Both the position numbers and the translations under genes were made by a program. The notes beneath the pieces were generated by a model that ran no database searches, was not told where the DNA came from, and saw only the letters and a program-made list of their open reading frames with translations. 64,000 nucleotides of DNA, taken from Candidatus Latescibacterota bacterium (GTDB lineage: Bacteria; Latescibacterota; UBA2968; GCA-2709665). The stretch is taken from positions 4,960,001 to 5,024,000 of the forward strand of contig OZ244744.1 of the NCBI GenBank assembly GCA_965219455.1. The letters run 5' to 3'. Below are positions 56,811 through 64,000 of this stretch, in pieces; within the stretch, counting starts at the first letter, position 1, and each line of letters begins with the position of its first letter.

Positions 56811-58696
56811 CCTAAAATAAGCGAGTATTGGTGTTTGGTGAACAGAATTGCAGATTTGTGCGACGTTGTGGTTGAATGACGTATGTGTGTTGTCTATTGA
56901 GGTGCGCGGGAGGTCGTTTTGAGGTTTGTGGAGTGTAAGTTGGTGTGGTAAAGCGCAGCGTTAGGGGTGTGTTGTTGGTGTCTGGTTGTGGTGTAGGCGT
57001 ATTTGTCCGTTACGTCGCCGTGGGCGTCGTGGATCCCGTGGTATGTGATGACGGTTCGTGCGGGTGTCATGTGAAGCCGGTGCGTTCGATGGTAGCCCAG
57101 GCGCTCAAGAGTCTATTCAGTGACGGCTGATAGCCGATGATGCGCACGGTGGTGCTTCGGGCGTGTCGCACGACACGACAGGGAAAAAGGATGATGTGTG
57201 AGAGGAAGGTCCGGAAGTCCATACGGATATAGTGTCGGCGGTGTTTTTTTCGATGCATCATCAAGGCAAACCACGCCTTGATGTTCCAGGCCAGCGCGGC
57301 GATGACCATGTAGGCCCAGTTGCTGATCAAGTCATACAAGGGCACGCGCAGGGCATTGACGCCGTTCTTGAGCTGTTCGATGACGTTTTCCTGGTCGCAT
57401 CGTTTGTTGGCAGCAAAGACGACCTCGGCGGGCGTCAGGTCGTCGCGCGTGGTGATGTAGAAGAAATAGCGGATTTCGTCGAAGAGGGTCTGCTCACCTT
57501 TGGCCTTACTGATGTTTTTTCGCAGCGCCACAACGCGGTAGGGGCGTTTGCACTTGCCGGGCTGGTAGTCAAACTCGGCCACGTCTTCGAAGTTCAGCGC
57601 CAGCTTGAGGTAGCCCCGCGCCTTGACGATACGCTGCTTCTCATTGTCGCGCCGCTGCCTTTTCTGGGGCGCGTGAGGTCGGTGCAGGCGCTGCCAGTTG
57701 GCTTCGTCAAGGGCCTTGGCCCGTGTTCGTAAGGCGTCATTGCAGTCCATCCCGAAGATGAAATCGACGTCCTTTGCCCAGCGATCGAGGTGAGCCGTAA
57801 GCGAAAAGTCCGTGTCGCCGCGTAGGCACACGCGCTTGGCGTGGGGCTTCACCACCCGGATGGACGCATCGATCCAGGGGGCGGCCCCCTGGTGAGAAGA
57901 CGCGTTGCCCGGACGGTTGACGATATACAGCACCTCTTTGGTATTGGCCAACGATACGATCAGGGGCGCATACCCCCACACGCCCTTGTAGGAGATGTCC
58001 ATGCCGCCCTTCTTCTCCCCATACGTTGGGGCGCTTGTGCCATCCACGTCGATGTACGCTACCGAAGAAAGCAAACTGGCGGCCCGCGTGCGCCACAACT
58101 TAGACCGTACCGCGTTAATGCAGTCCATCAGCCCGATCACGTCAGCTTCCGTGAAGCGACGCGTAAAGTCGCCCGCAGTCGTCGGGTCCGGGATCAGCTT
58201 CGCGTTCAACGCATTCATGTAGGCCTCGTCGTGCCGCAAACGCTCGATGTCTTCCAGACGCGTGCCACCGCACATCACGTTGTAGGCAAGGTTCAACACG
58301 TGATCCGACTCATGATACGGCAGATGAACCTTCAACAGGGACAGTGACGCGTCGATGCGCTTGGGCAGTCCCAGCTTGGTGACCAGGCGATGCACGGCGC
58401 CGATGCCTCCGTAACTCATCGCGTCGGTGTAGGCGCCCACCTCGTAGTGCACTTTGCCAGGGCTGAACATGGGTCGGGGCTGCGCCTGCCAATGCCCCGC
58501 TCGACCGTGGCGGGCGGACACTTTGCGTTTGCGACGAGCACTGTTCCTGCGGCTGTCATCAACCGATATTCTTTTCACCGGAAAGGTCTCCTGCGTTGGA
58601 GTGATGATTTCTAGCGCAATCCATCTATCTCCAACAACGGTAGGCCTTTCCGGTCTCTTGGACCAGAAAAATCTCACCAGTCACGCTTGTTTAAGG
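56811..58696 (-). mobile_element. IS1380 family insertion sequence, 1886 bp
   Basis: Imperfect terminal inverted repeats CCTAAAATAAGCG / CGCTTGTTTAAGG; flanking duplication ACTAGA at 56805-56810 and 58697-58702; excision restores AQLEDFQTKLW in mod. Confidence 0.88.
57067..58578 (-). CDS. IS1380 family DDE transposase
   Basis: IDVDGT, RPGN, LRGDTDF, RCDQENVIEQLKN; GTG 58578 after AGGAG. Confidence 0.9.
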   Translation of the reverse strand: MKRISVDDSRRNSARRKRKVSARHGRAGHWQAQPRPMFSPGKVHYEVGAYTDAMSYGGIGAVHRLVTKLGLPKRIDASLSLLKVHLPYHESDHVLNLAYNVMCGGTRLEDIERLRHDEAYMNALNAKLIPDPTTAGDFTRRFTEADVIGLMDCINAVRSKLWRTRAASLLSSVAYIDVDGTSAPTYGEKKGGMDISYKGVWGYAPLIVSLANTKEVLYIVNRPGNASSHQGAAPWIDASIRVVKPHAKRVCLRGDTDFSLTAHLDRWAKDVDFIFGMDCNDALRTRAKALDEANWQRLHRPHAPQKRQRRDNEKQRIVKARGYLKLALNFEDVAEFDYQPGKCKRPYRVVALRKNISKAKGEQTLFDEIRYFFYITTRDDLTPAEVVFAANKRCDQENVIEQLKNGVNALRVPLYDLISNWAYMVIAALAWNIKAWFALMMHRKKHRRHYIRMDFRTFLSHIILFPCRVVRHARSTTVRIIGYQPSLNRLLSAWATIERTGFT

Positions 58697-60867
58697 ACTA
58701 GAGGACTTTCAGACGAAGCTGTGGCTGAAGAAAAAATTCGTGGTCGATACGCAGTACTGCATCGCGGTCGGCTGCATCCACGAGGCGTTCTACGCGGAGA
58801 TCACCGCAAATGAGGCACAGCATGAGGAGTGGGTGAGGCTCTTTTCGATTGACGAGATCAAGGGGGACCGACCCCGACCGCCCCCGGCTACCGCAAGAAA
58901 CTCAAGCCCGAGTTTCTGAAGTCGCACCCGACGCTGGTCGTGGATACGCGGCACTTCGACTTGAGCTTCACCGTGCGGATACTTGAGGCGGTTGGTGATG
59001 TGGAAGAGCAAACCGACGCCGTCCTCTTTGAAGGCGAAAACTTCCAAACGTTGTCAATCATGATGGCGAAGTATCGCGGGGGGATGAAGTGCATCTACGT
59101 AGACCCCCCATATAACACCGGAGACGGTGACTTCCCGTACAAGGACAGTTACCGCTCATCGAGCTGGCTCGCGATGATGAATGATCGACTCGCGCTCAGC
59201 AGGGACCTTTTACCGGCCGATGGTCACTTTGTTGCGCACATTGATGAGCATGAATTTAGATCGCTTGAAGCACTTGGCGAGATCAGCTTTGGAAGCACAT
59301 GCAACATAGGGCCCATCATATGGGATAAAAGGAATCCGAAAGGGGACGCTCGCGGTATTGCAGGGCAGCACGAATACCTTACTTGGCTGATCAAGGACCC
59401 AAGCGTACTGACAAGCGAGGATGCACGACTCCGTAGGCCAAAGGAGAATGCGCAGCAGATTCTAGACAAGGCTGAGGACCTGATCCGCTCACACGGTGGC
59501 ATCAATGGGCACTCCCGACACGCGTTCCGGGAGTGGGTCCGGCAACAGCCATTCAGTGGGGGAGAGCTGGCCTACAACTGGATTGACGAAGATGGTTTGG
59601 TATTTCGACCCGTCTCCATGGCATGGCCCAACAAAAGTAAGGCGCCAGATGACTACTTCAGACCCTTACTCCACCCCCAATCAAAGAAGCCGTGTCCGGT
59701 GCCTGCAAGGGGCTGGCGCAATCCACCCTCCACGATGGAGCGCCTTCTCGCCGACGGCTTGATCCTGTTCGGCCCTGATGAAACGACTCAGCCAACCAGA
59801 AAGTACCTCCTTCGCGACAACATGCATGAGAATGTGCCATCGGTTTTCTATTTCGGTGGCAGCGATGATGCTTTGCAAAGGAACTTCGGCTTCTTCTTTC
59901 CGAATCCAAAGCCGGTTCGGCTGGCGCAGTATGTGACGACCATTGCTCTCGCACAGAAAGGCTGCCTTCTGGACTTCTTCGCCGGGTCCGGCACCACCGG
60001 CCACGCCGTCATCAACCTCAACCGCGAGGACGGCGGCCGGCGCAAATTCATCCTCGTCGAAATGGGCGACTACTTCGACACGGTTCTGCTGCCACGCATC
60101 AAGAAGGTCACCTTCACGCCGGAGTGGAAGGACGGCAAACCCAAGCGCCTCGCTTCGCCGGAGGAAGCCGAGCGCAGCCCGCGTATCATCAAGGTCGTCC
60201 GCCTCGAATCCTACGAAGACGCGCTAAACAACCTGGAGACCCGGCGGACCGACAAGCAGCAACTGCTGCTCGACACCGCCGAAGCGCAGGGTGTCGACGG
60301 CCTCAGGGAGCAATACATCCTGCGCTACATGCTCGATGTCGAGACGCGCGGCAGCCAATCGCTACTCAACGTGCAGGCTTTCACCGACCCCACGGCCTAC
60401 AAGCTGAAGGTCAAGCGCCCCGGTTCGGACGAGAGCCGCGAGGTCAACGTCGATCTACTGGAGACCTTTAACTGGCTGATCGGCCTCACGGTCCGGCACA
60501 TCGCCGCACCACAGACCTTCAGCGCCGCGTTCGAGCGCGACAGCGAGAAGCGCCTGCGGCTGAAGGGCCGCCTCAAGCAGGAGGCAGACGGCCCATACTG
60601 GTTTCGCACTGTCACAGGCGCCACGCCCGATGGCCGCCGAACGCTCGTCATCTGGCGCAAGCTCACCGGCGAGCCGGAGCAGGACAACCTGATACTTGAT
60701 GAGTGGTTTACGAGGCATGGTTACTCGGCCAGGGACAGCGAGTTCGACCTCATCTACGTCAACGGCGGTAACAACCTCGAGAACCTCAAGACCGCCGATG
60801 ATTTGTGGAAGGTGCGGCTTATTGAAGAGGACTTCCATCGCCTGATGTTCGAAATGGAGGAGGCTTG

Positions 60868-63800
60868 ATGGCCCGCCGCACTAACAACCGGCCGCAGGTG
60901 GCGTTCGCCCACAAGCTGGTACTCAACCAGTGGATGCTATCGCTGTTCAACGTGAAGTGTTTCGAGGACTTGGCTGAGCACCTGCGCAACGAAGACCTGG
61001 AAGGGCTGGACGAGAACAACATCCACCGTTTCCACCACGCGCTCACGGCACAGTTGTTCAATCTGACGCAACTGCCTACCGAGCTGCTGCTCGAATACGA
61101 CCAGAACATCGTCAAGCACACGCAGCGGCTGAACGAGCGGCGGATCACCCGCGGCGACGAGCCGATCGTCTGGAAGTACTTCCAATATCTGGCCCTGCTC
61201 TTTAGCGAGATCTACCTCGACCGTTACTTCCGCGATCCCACGGCGCTGCTCGTAGAGTTGAACGTGCAGGTGGCCGCCTACAACACGGACAAGCCGGAGG
61301 CTGACCAGATTGCCGCGTTCGACGAAGCAGCCGAGGCTTGGCCGCAGCTAAACAAGCTGGCCTTCTGGATGGCCACCGGGAGCGGTAAGACGCTGCTGAT
61401 GCACGCCAACATCCTGCAGTACCAGCACGCCTTGACCCGGCGCGGGCGGCGGCGCGAGTTGAACCACATCCTCCTGCTTACGCCCAACGAAGGGCTCTCG
61501 CAGCAGCATCTAGGCGAGTTCGAGGCGGCGGGCATCAACGCCGAGCTGTTCAACAAGGACGGCCGCGGGCTGTTCAGCGGGCAGGCGGTCGAGATACTCG
61601 AAGTGACCCGGCTGCGCGACGAGATGGGTGACAGGACCATCGCCGTTGACGCCTTCGAGGGGAACAACCTGGTGCTCGTGGATGAAGGACACCGCGGCGC
61701 CAGCGGAGGAGAAGAAGGCGCCTGGATGCGCTTCCGCAACGCGCTGTGCGAAAAAGGTTTCTCCTTCGAGTACTCGGCCACCTTCGGGCAGGCGGTCAAG
61801 GGCAGCCCCAAACTCACCGAGCTGTACGCCAAGAGCACGCTGTGCGACTACTCGTACCGCTATTTCTACGGCGACGGTTTCGGCAAGGACTACCAGATCC
61901 TCAATCTTGATGAGGGAACGCAACAGAACCACCTGGACCTGTACCTGGTGGCCTGCCTGCTCTCGTTCTTCCAGCAGCAGCGGCTCTACCGCGAGCAAGG
62001 CGGCACCTTCCGGCCATTCAACATCGAGAATCCTCTGTGGATCTTCGTCGGCGGGCGGGTCGTCAAGGGCTTGGCCGCGCAGGACGCATCGGACATCGTT
62101 GAGATTTTGAGGTTCCTTGCGCGCTACGTCTCGGACCACGCCGGCAGCATCCAGCGCATCGACCGGGTTCTCAATCAGGGCCTTGTCACCGCCACGGGCA
62201 AGAACTTGTTCGCCGGGCGCTTCGCGTATCTCAATACATGCGGCCTCTCGCCGGAGCGGATCTTCGACGAGACGCTTGCGATGATTTTCAACGCTTCCGG
62301 TGGGGGCCAGCTTTATGTCGAGAACCTGAAGGGCGTGACCGGCGAAGTGGCCCTGCGCCTCGGCGCCGAGAACGAAGCCTTCGGCGTCATCAACGTGGGA
62401 GATGATACCAAGCTGGTGAAGCTGTGCGAGGAGAAGGGGCTTGCCACGGGTGAACGCGAATTCTCGGGATCGCTCTTCCACGAGATCAACAAGCCGCTTT
62501 CGAAGGTGCACCTGCTCATCGGCTCGAAGAAGTTCACCGAGGGCTGGAGCAGTTGGCGTGTCTCGACGATGGGCCTGATGAACGTGGGTAAGGGGGAAGG
62601 CGCGCAGATCATCCAGCTCTTCGGGCGCGGTGTGCGGCTCAAGGGCTACGACCTGAGCCTCAAGCGTAGCGGCAAGACGGATTTGCCGGATGGTGTCGAG
62701 CGGCCCAAATACATCGCCGTCCTCGAGACGCTCGGCATTTTCGGCATTCGCGCCGACTACATGGCGCAGTTCCGCGACTTCCTCGAAGAGGAGGGGCTAC
62801 CCACCAACGACGACCGTGTCGAGTTTCTGCTGCCGGTGATCAAGAACCTCGGGACGCAGAAGCTCAAGACGATCCGGCTCAAGAAGACGATCAACGGCGT
62901 CAGCACCGAGTTCGGAGATGCGTTCCGCAAGCTCGCGCCCATCCCGACCGTCGCGCCGCCGAACCCCGCCGGTGATCCGAGCACTGAATACCTCCAGAAA
63001 AACCAGGTGGTGCTCAACTGGTATCCGAAGATCCAGGCGATGAAGTCGGGCGGTCTGGTTGGCGGCGATGCCGATACCGCGCCAAACGAGACCCACCTGA
63101 CACACCGCCATGTGGCCTTCCTCGATCTCGACCGCATTTGCTTCGATCTGGAGCGATTCAAGGCCGAGCGCGGCTGGTACAACCTGAATCTCACACGGCA
63201 GGGGGTCGAGGCCCTCCTGGGAGACCAGAGCTGGTATCGCTTGCAGATCCCCCGTGAGGAACTTGTCGGTGATTCCTACGAAAAGGTGCGCCTCTGGGAG
63301 GAGATCGCCGTTGCACTGCTCAAGAAGTACACCGAGCGTTACTACACCTTCCGCAAGCGCGAGTGGGAGCTTCCTCACCTCGAATACCGTTACCTGGAAG
63401 ACGACGACCCGAACTTCCTCGGTGTGAAGGATTCGCCAGACGAGGGTCACTACCGCATCCTGATCGACAAGTCGCGGGAAGAGATCGTCGCCAAGCTCGA
63501 GGAGCTCAAAGCCGCCATCCGGAAGGGTGAGCTGAAGCCTTGGGAATTCCGGGGCATGAATGCCATCTGGTTCGGCAAGCACCTCTACCAGCCGTTGCTC
63601 TATCTGGACACGCACGTCGTCGAGATCACCCCCGCGCCGCTGAACAAGGGCGAGCGCGAGTTCGTTGAGGATCTGAAGGCGTTCCACGACGGTAATACGG
63701 ACTTCTTCGCTACCCGCGAACTCTATCTGCTACGAAACCTCAGCAGAGGCCGCGGTGTGGGCTTCTTCGAAGCCGGCAACTTCCACCCCGACTTCATCTT

Positions 63801-64000
63801 GTGGTTGCTCGCAGGCGGCCAGCAGCACGTCATCTTCGTGGACCCCAAGGGGATCCGGAATCTCGGGCGAGACGACCTCAAGATCCAGTTCCACGAGACC
63901 ATCAAGGAGATCGAGCAACGCCTCGGCGACCCGGCTGTGCGCTTGCAGTCCTTCATCGTCTCAAATACTCCTTCCGCGACGATGCGCAGGCAGTGGGGCA
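60868..64000 (+). CDS. res: Type III RM Res subunit (DEAD/DEAH helicase plus PD-(D/E)XK nuclease), runs off the window
   Basis: Not in the ORF track. TGATG coupling to mod; [40 protein letters not shown]...FVDPKG. Confidence 0.9.
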   Translation, partial: MARRTNNRPQVAFAHKLVLNQWMLSLFNVKCFEDLAEHLRNEDLEGLDENNIHRFHHALTAQLFNLTQLPTELLLEYDQNIVKHTQRLNERRITRGDEPIVWKYFQYLALLFSEIYLDRYFRDPTALLVELNVQVAAYNTDKPEADQIAAFDEAAEAWPQLNKLAFWMATGSGKTLLMHANILQYQHALTRRGRRRELNHILLLTPNEGLSQQHLGEFEAAGINAELFNKDGRGLFSGQAVEILEVTRLRDEMGDRTIAVDAFEGNNLVLVDEGHRGASGGEEGAWMRFRNALCEKGFSFEYSATFGQAVKGSPKLTELYAKSTLCDYSYRYFYGDGFGKDYQILNLDEGTQQNHLDLYLVACLLSFFQQQRLYREQGGTFRPFNIENPLWIFVGGRVVKGLAAQDASDIVEILRFLARYVSDHAGSIQRIDRVLNQGLVTATGKNLFAGRFAYLNTCGLSPERIFDETLAMIFNASGGGQLYVENLKGVTGEVALRLGAENEAFGVINVGDDTKLVKLCEEKGLATGEREFSGSLFHEINKPLSKVHLLIGSKKFTEGWSSWRVSTMGLMNVGKGEGAQIIQLFGRGVRLKGYDLSLKRSGKTDLPDGVERPKYIAVLETLGIFGIRADYMAQFRDFLEEEGLPTNDDRVEFLLPVIKNLGTQKLKTIRLKKTINGVSTEFGDAFRKLAPIPTVAPPNPAGDPSTEYLQKNQVVLNWYPKIQAMKSGGLVGGDADTAPNETHLTHRHVAFLDLDRICFDLERFKAERGWYNLNLTRQGVEALLGDQSWYRLQIPREELVGDSYEKVRLWEEIAVALLKKYTERYYTFRKREWELPHLEYRYLEDDDPNFLGVKDSPDEGHYRILIDKSREEIVAKLEELKAAIRKGELKPWEFRGMNAIWFGKHLYQPLLYLDTHVVEITPAPLNKGEREFVEDLKAFHDGNTDFFATRELYLLRNLSRGRGVGFFEAGNFHPDFILWLLAGGQQHVIFVDPKGIRNLGRDDLKIQFHETIKEIEQRLGDPAVRLQSFIVSNTPSATMRRQWG

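Larger units (their letters stand above)
55675..60868 (+). pseudogene. mod: Type III RM Mod (amino-methyltransferase), interrupted by an IS1380 element and a frameshift
   Basis: DLDFGLYR, LHWANKDQYYIK, DYFIHKDL; YVDPPY; DFFAGSGTT; IS at 56811-58696; frame change near 58869-58876. Confidence 0.88.

Overview
GC-rich bacterial chromosomal window. The gene content (ankyrin/Sel1/TPR proteins, PhyH, Gfo/Idh/MocA, heparinase II/III) suggests an uncultured, possibly host- or sponge-associated lineage, but taxonomy cannot be fixed from sequence alone. Core blocks: recG-pfkB-hflK-hflC-peptidase-coaE (31.7-38.4 kb), tRNA-Asn, an alkaline-phosphatase-superfamily gene, tadA and tRNA-Ser(CGA). Accessory blocks: (i) a Fic gene split by a 109-bp MITE; (ii) MNT-HEPN, an ABC/AAA ATPase with a putative PD-(D/E)XK partner, and an imuA-imuB-dnaE2-SRAP cassette with a perfect 22-bp palindrome in its promoter; (iii) an 11-kb toxin-antitoxin-rich island between coaE and tRNA-Asn carrying a TIR-less, hairpin-bounded single-ORF element with Rep_trans/CRI-like motifs, my best candidate for an undescribed system; (iv) a defence island after tRNA-Ser with IS5 and HsdM relics and a SNF2 helicase-Mod-Res (type III RM) operon whose mod is broken by an IS1380 element and a frameshift. 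Several toxin genes are inactivated while their antitoxins are intact, and three genes carry large internal deletions. All product calls come from motif recognition by eye; no database search was run.
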